In this document: one piece after another, positions 53,650 to 64,000 of the stretch
How the letters are laid out: each line of letters starts with the position of its first letter
Position numbering within the stretch: position 1 is the stretch's first letter
NCBI RefSeq assembly: GCF_963921235.1
Contig: NC_086108.1
Location: 100,876,001-100,940,000 of the forward strand
Direction of reading: 5' to 3'
Origin: Mobula hypostoma
Lineage: Eukaryota
Length of the DNA: 64,000 nucleotides
Notes under the pieces: generated by a model
What the model was told of the DNA's origin: nothing
The model's input: only the letters and a program-made list of their open reading frames with translations
The model's database searches: none
Translations under genes and position numbers: made by a program

Positions 53650-56221
53650 CAGGTGTCCCCTGCTTTTCAAACGTTTGCTTTACGAAACCTCACTGTTACG
53701 AAAGACCTACATTAGTTCCCTGTTTTCGCTAACAGGTGTTTTCAATGTTACGAAAAAAGGCAGCACGCGGAAAAAGCAGCGCTCGAAAAAAAAGCAGCGC
53801 GCGCCCCGAGCAGCTGCTCCTCCCCCGGATTCGGAACGGCATTCTCGCCGGCATTGCTTAAACACGGGCCTGTGAACATCCATTAGCAAGATGAGTTCTA
53901 AGGTATCAGAAACACCTAAAAGAACTCGTAAGGGTGTTACACTTAGTGTAAAACTAGACACAATTAAGTGTTTCGATCGTGGTGAACGAAGTAAGGACAA
54001 ACTGAGTTTGGCTTGTGGAAGTTGAAGAAGATGATGTTGAAGAGGTTTGGCATCCCATGACCAAGAACTGATAGATGAAGAGCTGATGCAATTGGAAGAG
54101 GAAAGGATAACAATCGAAACCAAATGCAGTAGCGAACGGACTGAAAGTGAAGTCGTCCAGGAACTGAACGTGAAGCAACTGCATGAGATTTTTGCTGCAA
54201 TGATAAAGTACGACTTTAATTTTGAAAGAGTACGTCGGTTTAGGGCAAGATGGTTTGAGTGCTTACAAAGAACTGTATGATAGAAAAATGCGCGAGGCTA
54301 GCAGTCAATAGATAATAGACAATAGGTGCAGGAGTAGGCCATTCCGCCTTTTGAGCCAGCACCACCATTCACTGTGATCATGGCTGATCATCCACCATCA
54401 GTATCCAGTTCCTGCCTTATCCCCATAACCTTTGATTCCACTATCTTTAAGAGCTCTATCCATCTTTTTGAAAGCATCCAGAGACTTGGCCTCCACAGCC
54501 TTCTGGGGCACAGCATTCCGTATATCCACCACTCTCTGGGTGAAAAAGTTTGTCCTCAACTCCGTTCTAAATGGCCTACCCCTAATTCTTAAACTGTGGC
54601 CTCTGGTTCTGGACTCACCCATCAGCGGGAACATGCCTCCTGCCTCCAGCACGTCCAATCCCTTAATAATCTTATATGTTTCAATAAGATCCCCTCTCAG
54701 TCTTCTAAATTCCAGAGTATACAAGCCCAGTCGCTCCAATCTTTCGACATATGACAGTCCCGCCATCCCGGGAATGAACCTTGTGAACCTATGCTGCACT
54801 CCCTCAATAGCAAGAATGTCCTTCCTCAAATTTGGAGACCAAAACTGCATACAGTACTCCAGGTGTGGTCTCACCAGGGCCCTGTACAGCTGCAGAAGGA
54901 CCTCTTTGCTCTTATACTCAATTCCCCTTGTTATGAAGGCCAGTATGCCATTAGCTTTTTTCACTGCCTGCTGTACTTGCATGCTTGCTTTCAATGACTG
55001 ATGTACAAGATCACCTAGATCTCGTTGTGCTTCCCCTTTTCCTAACTTGACTCCATTTAGATAATAATCTGCCTTCCCATTCTGACCACCAAAGTGGATA
55101 ACCTCACATTTATCCACATTAAACTGTATCTGCCATGCATCTGCACGCTCACCCAGCCTGTCCAAGTCACCCTGCATTCTCATAGCATCCTCCTCACATT
55201 TCACACTGCCTCCCAGCTTTGTATCATCTGCAAATTTGCTAATGTTACTTTTAATTCCCTCATCTAAATCATTAATATATATTGTAAACAGCTGCGGCCC
55301 CAGCACTGAACCCTGCAGTACCCCACTGGTCACCGCCTGCCATTCCAAAAGGGACCTGTTAATCGCAAGCCTTCAGCAGACGACGAACCTCGACCTTCGA
55401 CATCGAGGCAGGCAGACATAGAAGAAGATGACCTGCCTGCCCTGATCGACAATGAGATGACACCCCAGTGTCCCACCACCCCAAGCCCCGGGCCGCGGAC
55501 AGATACCGATTCACGGAGAATGCAGCGGTAGCCGGGACGCACCCAGCACATCTTCAAGAAAAAAGCCAAAGTAAACAAGCTAATTAATTAGGTGCCGCCC
55601 GGCACGTAATTAATTAGCTTGTTTATTTCGGCTTTTTTCTTAAAGACGTGCTGGGTGCATCCCAGCTACCGCTGGACCCCTGCATGCTTTGCGGATCGGT
55701 ATCGGTCAGCGGCCCAGAGGGTGGGGGCCACTGCACCACCCCAACCTCCGATGACTCAGCCTAACACACCATCATCAATGTGCTAGATGTCTTCCCGATT
55801 CCGGTAAGTGATAATACACTGTACATACATTATTTCTACTTTATATTGGCTGTGTACTTTTAGGTGTTATTTGGTATGATTTGGCAGCTTCATAGCTTAA
55901 AGGTTACTGGAGAGCGCTTGCGCCGTGTTTTTGCTGAGAGCACTTGCGTGAGATTTTCGCTGTGGAGAACAGTGCAGCAATGACTGTGGAAAAGTATTTC
56001 TATTTTATATAGGCTGTGTATTTATCATATCATTCCTGCTTTTACTATATGTTACTGTTATTTTAGGTTTTATGTGTTATTTGGCAGGTTATTTTTGGGT
56101 TTGCGAACGCTCACAAATTTTTCCCATATAAGGAAATGGTAACTGCTTCTTCACTTTACAACCTTCCGGCTTACGAACCACTTCATAGGAACACTCTACC
56201 TTCGGATGGCGGGGAAACCTG
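53650..56221 (+). mobile_element. Non-autonomous Tigger/pogo-like DNA transposon, copy 2, interrupted by CR1
   Basis: TA-CAGGTGTCCCC...GGGGAAACCTG-TA; MSSKVSETPKRTRKGVTLSVKLD (HTH start) fused to acidic C-terminus EEDDVEEVLASHDQELIDEELMQL. Confidence 0.85.
54309..55364 (-). mobile_element. Relatively young 5'-truncated CR1
   Basis: 316-aa open RT C-terminal half (QGSVLGP, FADD, RPHLEYC); (CTATTGT)-like tail; comparison with copy 1 places the insertion at gcagtcaa|gcaagcc. Confidence 0.92.
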
Positions 56222-57257
56222 TATTCAAGTTTCTTGCTTTGTGGCTGCCTATAAGCAAACAAATTTCAAAGTGTATAATTTATACATACTTTGATAATAA
56301 ATGTGCTTTGTATTTTCTGCCTTTCAGATTTCTAGCTTCTGCAGTTTTATTCTCAAAGTAAATTAGGTTTACAAGACGTAGGCGGAGGCCGAGTAGTTAT
56401 GATGGTACTAAATTGCGACTCCTTTGTGTTCAACTAAAAAAAAGCTTAATTTCTACCTTTGATGTCTCTCCTTTTCAGGGTGGGGGGGGTAGTTCTGTTG
56501 AAGACCCTGGTATTGAGTGACACTCAGACTTTGTTTTTTTGTGGTGGTGGGGCCCGTTCATGGGGGCTTATGGCCGGCCACTTTTCGATATCCCAAGGAC
56601 ATGGTCAAGAAGATGAGCGCACTTTGGGGGTTCCGAGGTATTTGCGGCCCTGTGGATGGGCCAATTCTAAGCGGGTGTCGCCAAATAAACTGTTGCAGGA
56701 GAGAAGGGAACATCAGGAACAGTGGATCAGCTGTAAGAAGCTCTGTACTCAACAATTTGTTCCCTCTCCCTCTCTCGTTGATGGGTGAAATTGTTGCCAA
56801 TTTTCGGGACACAGAACTGGTTTAAAAACAAATGTGGCACAACAGACTTTCAACACTATTTCCTCTCTCGCTGTGAAGGGAGACACCTTTTTCCCTTTAT
56901 TTTGGGGGGGGTGGGGAAGAGAGGGAGAGCACAAGAGCCTGTGGCATGAAAATTGTCAGACGAACGATTAGTTTTTATTGTACTGCAGATTATGGTCTGT
57001 ATGGGGGGGCTTTGCTATTCCATGCTTGGTGGGCGAGGGTGCTGATACTTTTTTTTTTGCAGAAGTGGGTGGGGGAGAGCCATTGCTTTTCTGCTGCTTG
57101 TGCCTGGGAGGAAGGAGAGGGGGCTGGGGTTCTAATGTTTTAATTGTCATTCATTCTTTTTGGCACTCTTCTGCTTTCATGAATGTCTGAAGAAAAGAAT
57201 TCAGGATGTATTTTGCATACATTTCTCTGACATTAAATTGAACTAGTGAACTAAGAT

Positions 57258-57700
57258 TACGAGAGGCATAGATAGAGTAGACAGGGAACACCTTTTTCCC
57301 CTGGAGTGGAGATGTTTAATACCAGAGGGCATGCATTGAAGGTGAGAGGGGCTAGGTTCAGAGGGGATGTGGGGGGCAAATTACTTTTTTTACTCAATGT
57401 TGGATGCTTGGAATACGCTGCCTGTTGTGGTGATAAAAACAAATACATTAGAGGCTTTTAAGACATGTTTAGATAGGCCCATGAATGTGAGGAAGTTGGA
57501 GGGGTATGGACATTGTGTAGGTAGGAGTGTAGTTTTTGGGTTTTATTTTGATTTACCTACCTTTTAATGGTTTGGCACATTATGGGACAAAGGGCCTATT
57601 CCTGTGCTGTACTGTTCTATATGGGATTAGTGTAGAACTATTGTAAATGGATGCACAACAGTTGGCATAGATGCAATGGGATGAGGGGGCTGTACGAATC
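57258..57700 (+). mobile_element. CR1 3' fragment
   Basis: RGIDRVD..HLFP...TRGHALKVRG; CR1 tail. Confidence 0.7.
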
Positions 57701-58844
57701 ATTGCCATATCAAAATTTTATTTGAAGCTTTTTTTTGAATCAGAATTTCTTGTATACTAGTTACATTTCTAATATCCCCCCAAACAAATACAAAATTTGG
57801 AGTATTTGAATATAAAATTAGGCAGAAGAAGAGTTAACCACGACATTTTCCCCATTTATCCTGTGATTGAGCAACTGGCAAAATTAGGAGGCAGCTGCTG
57901 CAAACTGAATAGTGCCATTGTTCAAAATCTGTCTGTGCTTTAAAGCATTTTGGTGCTGAAAAGACATCTGGGCCAAATAGCTATTTCAGAATAAACTGTA
58001 AAGTGTTGTGTGTCCTCAATTACAATGTCAGCTTTCTATTTGCTGATTGGGAAAAAAACAATATACAAAATTCATGTTAAAATACCCACACAGTACAATC
58101 GTGTCCCAACAATTTCAAAGGGTGAATCAACTATTTCCACACACACACCATCTCCCTACTGTGCATATCCATCTTTCTAAACATGCTCCATGTTCTGGCA
58201 ATACCACACTTTCTTCTCCCATTTCCTGAAACCATGATAAAAATCAAAACAAGATTTTTGGAAATACTCAACAGGTCAAGCAGCATCTATTACAGAAGCA
58301 ATCAGCACTAAAGCTTCAGGTTAATTACCTGTCATCAGAAATGAGAGATTGTTAAACAAATTTGCTTCAAGTTGCTGAGAAGGGAAAGGACAAAAGGGAT
58401 ATCTGTGATAGAGTAGAGAGCAAGTTAATCTGAATGACAAAAATGGCAGGGGTACTGGATGAGAGAGTGGTAAAGACTTGTTTATCAGTTGATGTCTGGA
58501 TGGGGAAAGAACAAGAGACATAAGAAAATGATGCAAGGCCCGTCAGATACAAAAATGTTGGAAATCTGAAAGTGAAGAGTGCTGAAAATATTTGCTCTTG
58601 ACTGGTGTTAAAAAATTTGACTGGGTAGAAAGGCCTAAATTACTCTGCTCTGCCAGAATAATTCAATCCAATGGACATGGAATCAAAAGAAAGGTTCAGA
58701 ATCCAGTATTATCAAACTGGGCAATAAAGTTAAACAAGGAAAGACACTGTAAGAGACAAGACTAATGAAAGAATGGATCTAGAGAGAAAAAAAAAATCAC
58801 AAGTGTCATTCCACTAAGAGAGGGAGGCAAAATATAGGAAATCA

Positions 58845-59540
58845 CAAGCCTGACTTCAGTGGTTGGCAAGCTGTTAAGTGGAATTATTAAGGATGAGGTT
58901 CAATGTACTTGGAAGCACACGATAAAATAGGCCAAAGCCAGCACAGATTCCTTAACGGAAATTCTTTTCTGAAAAATTGATTAGAATTCTTTGATTAATT
59001 AACAGGCAGGATAGACAGAGGAGAGTCAATGGATGTTGCTTACTTGGGATTTCAGAAGGCCTTTGACAAAGTGCTGCACAATAGACTGCTAAACAAGACA
59101 AGAGCTTGTGACTATAAGAACGATATTAACATGGACAGAGACAGGGGATCCGGCAGGAGGTAGGAAATGGGACTACAGGGGGCACTTTCTGATGGGTGCC
59201 AGTGACCAGTGGTGTTCCACAGGGTACAATGTTGAGACCGCTTTATTTCATGTTATATGTCAATGATTTGGATGACTGTGGCAAAGTTTGCAGACGATAC
59301 AAAGATAGGTGGATGGGCAGGAGGTACTGAGTCTGCAGAAGGATTTTGACAAATTAAGAGAATGTGCAAAGCAGTGGCAGATTCAGTGTAGGGAAGTGTG
59401 TGGTCATGCACTTTGGTAGAAGAAACAAAGGCGTAGACTGTTTTCTAAGCAGGGAGTTAAATCAGAAATCAGAGGTGCAAAGGTACTTCGGGAATTCTAG
59501 TACAGGATTCCCTAAAGGTAAAATTACAGGTTGATTTTTG
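58845..59540 (+). mobile_element. Degraded CR1 RT fragment
   Basis: SLTSVVGKLL, FQKAFDKV, VTSGVPQG, KFADDTK. Confidence 0.8.
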
Positions 59541-60126
59541 CAGTAGAGCAAAGAAATACAATCTGCTAAAACAGATTTCAAGAAAGTGCTAAATTTAAAA
59601 TAAATTCCAAATTAACATCTGCTAAATTCTCAGTCAATGAGGACAGAAGATGATGAGATTCCCAAAGTTCAAAAGTGCACTCACTGCATTGTGTTGTCAT
59701 GCACAAGATACCATTGTCTGGATGAGCAAAACTCCCAAGAGTTGATGTGAGTGTTATAGCATTTCCATCCTCATACAGTTCCAGATCTGTGTGCATCTTT
59801 TGTGAAAAATGCTAAAATATTCATATCACATCCGAGCAATAAATTACAAATACAGTTACATAGCCTAATGTACCACCCAGTGACACAATTTCACACACAC
59901 TAGCTTCCATGGTGCAAAGAAATAACCCTATGTTACATGAAAGCAAATTACTGGAGACTAAACAAAAATAAGAACAGCAAGTTCATTCAACACCTCATTG
60001 CTTAAGGGAGAGTACAGGAAATGCAGGATATAAAATTTTCAACAGCACAACTGCATAAGTGCGAAACATGTCCCATACCAAAAGCATCAACTTAACATGC
60101 CAAAGGTTTAGCTTGATATTATACAA

Positions 60127-60630
60127 CAGACAACCCCAATAGGCGGACTGTGGGACAGGTCTGGACCGCGCCGACCCATTGGCACTTATGTGAACGCACC
60201 TGTCATAACATGTAAATAAAGCACACGCTGCTCTAATCTATTTTAACCTCATCCCACACCGTACACTTGACCTACGCCCCAGTAGAGCGCGTGACCTACT
60301 GCAGTCCTCGACTAGACAGCAGCACGCACCAGTTACCCGCCTGTCATCTAAGCGAATTGTTAGCAGCAGTAAGTCACGGACCCTAAACCAAGAACAACAT
60401 GGCCTGCGCGGAAAAGCGCAAAGTCGAACAGGCAAACCGTCAGTTCAAATCTGACTGGACTGATCAGTTTTGTTTTATTTTACCGGGCCATGCCAATGCT
60501 AAACCGACATGCTTAATATGCATGCAGTCCGTAGCTGTCTGCAAATCAGAAAATCTAAAGTGGCACTTCAACACTATGCACGCTACCAGTTTTAATGCCA
60601 ACTACCCTGCAAAATCAGATCAACGCAAAA
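60127..60630 (+). mobile_element. hAT (Charlie/SPIN/GTF2IRD2-like) transposon 5' end and transposase N-terminus
   Basis: MACAEKRKVEQANRQFKSDWTDQFCF...PTCLIC...NLKWHFNTMH (BED-type zinc finger); left boundary approximate. Confidence 0.85.
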
Positions 60631-61071
60631 TGGCACGAACATTGACTTCTCTAACTTCCGTTAATGCCCCTCCTCTCCCTCGTACCCCATCTGTTTTTTT
60701 TTATTATATATAACACACACATACATACACACACACATATTCTTTTTCTCCCTCTGTCCCTCTCACCATACTCCTTGCCCATCATCTGGGCTTCCCCCCT
60801 CCCCCTTTCTTTCTCCCTAGGCCTCCTGTCCCATGATCCTCTCGTATCCCTTTTGCCAATTACCTGTCCAGCTCTTGGCTCCATCCCTCCCCCTCCTGTC
60901 TTCTCCTATCATTTTGGATCTCCCCCCCTCCCCCTCCCACTTTCAAATCTCTTACTAGCTCTTCTTTCAGTTAGTCCTGACGAAGGGTCTCGGCCCGAAA
61001 CGTTGACTGTACCTCTTCCTAGAGATGCTGCCTGGCCTGCTGCGTTCACCAGCAACTTTGATGTGTGTTGC
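60631..61071 (+). mobile_element. Penelope pLTR
   Basis: aacattgacttctctaacttccg..., highly similar to 33340-33740 and 50440-50860. Confidence 0.9.
60973..61008 (+). ncRNA. Penelope minimal hammerhead motif (GUU site)
   Basis: AGTC-CTGACGA-A-GGGTCTCGGCCC-GAAA-CGTT-GACT. Confidence 0.7.
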
Positions 61072-61810
61072 ATAAAACTTAATATTTTGAGTTTCCTTGC
61101 CCTTCTTTGAAACACATCGGGATTTTTTTTTCCTAAAATTAATCTGCGCCAATATGCAGGCATTTAGCTGAAGGAAAATGTGGCTCATCCAAGGCTAGCT
61201 GGGCCAGCAATCCAACAACATAAAGGCAGTTAAGTCATCAGAACATATTGTGATCGTACCAATGTTTCTTATAGCACTGTGTATTAAAAGGTCCATTGCT
61301 TCAAAATACTTCCAAAAATTTGATGTGCAAGTATCGTCATTGTTAATGAAAAGTCTTGTTTCTTGTCATTTCTTGCTTGCAGGTTGTCATGAAGTGCCGG
61401 TGTCTTTTTAAGTAAGTCTGGTGCAGTTGTAAAGTTTTACTATTTTGTTTTATTTTTATCATTTATTTTGTCAGCAGTCACTGCTGAGTTGTTAGCTGTT
61501 GGTTTTTTGCATGTGTCAGTTCCTTTGTGATTGTCAAAAAAATGGTCTCTCCATTTCCAACCTAGAGTTTTCCTCTTGTGTTTTATGACAATCTGGGCTT
61601 AATGGGAGTTTTCATCTGTTGGATCCAGTTAACTGTTAGTTGTCTGTAACATGATTCCCCAATTAGTTTTCCAGAAGGGCCAAATTATGTCAAGCATGCC
61701 AAAGGCCAAAACGTCCAGGGTTTTTTTTTCATTGTGCCAGTAAGTTGTTTTATGGGCAGATGTTGTTGCTGCTATTACCATTATTATTATTACTGTCACT
61801 TAAAAACCTC

Positions 61811-62690
61811 TTAAATCCTTGGGCTTTTTGGCTCTGCAGGCTGGATAAAAATGACAAGCTTATTGCGCAGGTCACACACCCTCTCCAACACATGGCCTTT
61901 GCTCAGCCAGCGAACTTTGTGTTCCGCTGACATTTCCTCCAGCAATGCTCTGAAAAGATGATGTTGCAGACTAGAACTCTCATGAACGAAATTTACCAGT
62001 CTCATCACAGTATCCATCGCCTCTTTCATTTCCCCACACAGTTTAGCGCCCAACACTGATATATGAATAATGCAATGAAATGCCAAGAGTGCTGGGTTAA
62101 CAGTGGCGAACCTGCTTACTAAGCCCTTGTGTTGTCCCACCATCGACGGAGCCCCATTGGTGACAACGGACACAATTTTGCTCACATACAAGCCATTCTT
62201 CTCAAAGAGCTGTGTCAATTCATTAAAAATTATTTCCCCAGTTGTGCGCCCAAGCAGAGGAAGCAAACAAAGTAGCTCTTCCCGGAAGGTCTTCCCATCA
62301 AAAAATCTTGCGAACATGGATAGCTCTTCCATATCGGTTCAGTCACAGGATGAGTCTATGGCTAGTGATACGGCTTCTCCTTTCTCCAAACTAGTGAGTA
62401 GATTGGATAAACACTCCTCCGCTAAAACTTCTACTCTTCTTGTTGCCGTGTTAGCTGACAATGTCTTTAATAACTCCACAACCGTTTTCTCATCATGACT
62501 TAAAACTTTGCCAACCATATCAATTGCACACGTTTTAATCAACTCAGCCTCAGCGAATGGCTTCTTAGCTCTGGCAAGATTCCATGACACATGCAATGAT
62601 GCAGCTGTTGCGCTCTCTTGTGCGGATGTTGACTTACAGATAGTAGAATTGGAGTGCTTGTAAGATGTTATCACATTTGCAATTTTTGCA
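61811..62690 (-). pseudogene. Inverted continuation of the same hAT transposase
   Basis: AKIANVITSY...LARAKKPFAEAELIKTC...SLAIDSSCD*...TTGEIIF...TNGAPSM...FHCIIH...VRWLSKG. Confidence 0.85.
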
Positions 62691-63029
62691 GTTCACCAGC
62701 AACTTTTATGGGTGTTGCTTGAAATTCCAGCATCTGCAGATTTCCTCGTGTTTGCGATATTATGGGAGTTTTAACTAAAAAAACAAGTTAGGCCTCACCC
62801 TACCTTTTTACACGTGGGGCTCAGACATAACTACAATACTGAGTCAAAGGAAGGGATTGGACAAGTACAGGAGAATGAGTATACAGGAGTTAAAACATTG
62901 GCTCAAAAAATACAGCTCAAACAGGATGTCTAGATTGCAAATTGCTTGGCTCAACATTAGGTGTTTGACAGGGAAAAAATGAGACTGGGTGGAAATAGTA
63001 CAGATGATATGCAATTGAGACTTAGATCA

Positions 63030-63992
63030 TACATAATATAGAACAGTACAGCACACTACAGGCCCTTCAGCCCATGATGCTGTGCTGTCTTTTAAACCTA
63101 TTCCAAGATCAAACTCTTCCCCTCCTAAATAGCCCTTCATTTTTCTATTAATCATGAGTTACAGTTTCTTAAATGCTCCGATTGCATCCATCTCTACTAC
63201 CACTTCTGGCAGTGTGCTCCACACACCCATCACTCAATATAATAAAAAACAACTTATTTCTGGCATCTCTCCATAATTTCCTCCAATCACCTTAAAAGTC
63301 TCTTTCTATCCACTCTATCTATGCCCCGTATCATGTATACCTCTATCAAATCAGCTCTCATCCTCCTTTGCTCCAAAGAGGGAAGTCTTAGCTCACTCAA
63401 CCTGTCCTCATATGTTATCTAGTCCAGGCAAATGAGAACCTCTGCTCCATCCGCCAAAAGCAGAACTTCCTGGTGGCCAAACATTAATTTCAATTCCCAT
63501 TCCAACATATTGGTCCATGGCGTCTCATGCCATCCTCAGGGATGAGGAGCAACACCTTGTATTTCATTTAGGAAGCCTCCCAAACTGATGGCAAGAATAT
63601 CAATATCTCCTTCTGGTAAAAAATATGTTTCCCTCCTTTTTTCCCCACACTGGCCTCTTACTTCTTCTCAACTGGCCACCACCTCTCCCTGGTGCTCCTT
63701 TTCCTTCCTTTTCTCCTATGGTCCACTCTCCTCTCCCATCAGATTCCTTCCTCATTAGCCCTTTCCAACCCACCTGGCTTCATCTATCACCTTCCAGCTA
63801 TTCTTCTTCCCCTCCCCCCACCTTATTAGTCTGTCATCTTAACCCTTCTTTTCCAGTCCTAAAGAAGATTCACAGACCAAAACGTTGACTGTTTATTCAT
63901 TTCCATAGATGCTGCCTGACCTGCTGAGTTCCTCCAGTATTTTGTATGTGTTGCTTTGTATTTCCAGCATCTGCAGAATTTCTTGTTTGTGA
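63030..63992. mobile_element. Minus-strand CR1 3' remnant (63030-63430) followed by an old Penelope end and pLTR (63430-63992)
   Basis: atagaacagtacagcac tail; EEQHL remnant; degenerate agtcctaaagaag...aaaacgttgact. Confidence 0.7.
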
Positions 63993-64000
63993 TATCTTGA

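Noticed and set aside
60399..62690. Domesticated GTF2IRD2/ZBED-like host gene
   Set aside because: Stop codon, deletions, altered catalytic-region motifs and an inversion indicate a fossil transposon

Overview
Vertebrate genomic DNA, most likely a cartilaginous fish (ray or shark), inferred from the repeat set: CR1, Penelope, Rex/Babar, L1 and V-SINE. The window is the interior of the endophilin-B1/Bif-1 gene (SH3GLB1) on the minus strand. Five constitutive BAR-domain exons can be read with GT-AG boundaries and consistent phases. Two small alternative exons matching the mammalian neuron-specific Bif-1b/c inserts are also present: a 39/87-nt exon with two donors and a 24-nt microexon. Exon 1 and the 3' exons, including the SH3 domain, lie outside the window. 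The introns hold layered transposons: an intact full-length L1-clade LINE with a 15-bp TSD, Penelope elements whose terminal repeats carry minimal hammerhead ribozyme motifs, two inverted Tigger-like elements, a chimeric hAT MITE, and a hAT fossil split by a ~1.6-kb inversion with Penelope sequence at both breakpoints. I found no entirely new gene system. The best leads are the ribozyme motifs, the inversion, an inverted 5'-end/spacer motif in the young L1, and the conserved neural splicing module. Boundaries of old repeats are approximate, and family assignments come from motif recognition, not database searches.
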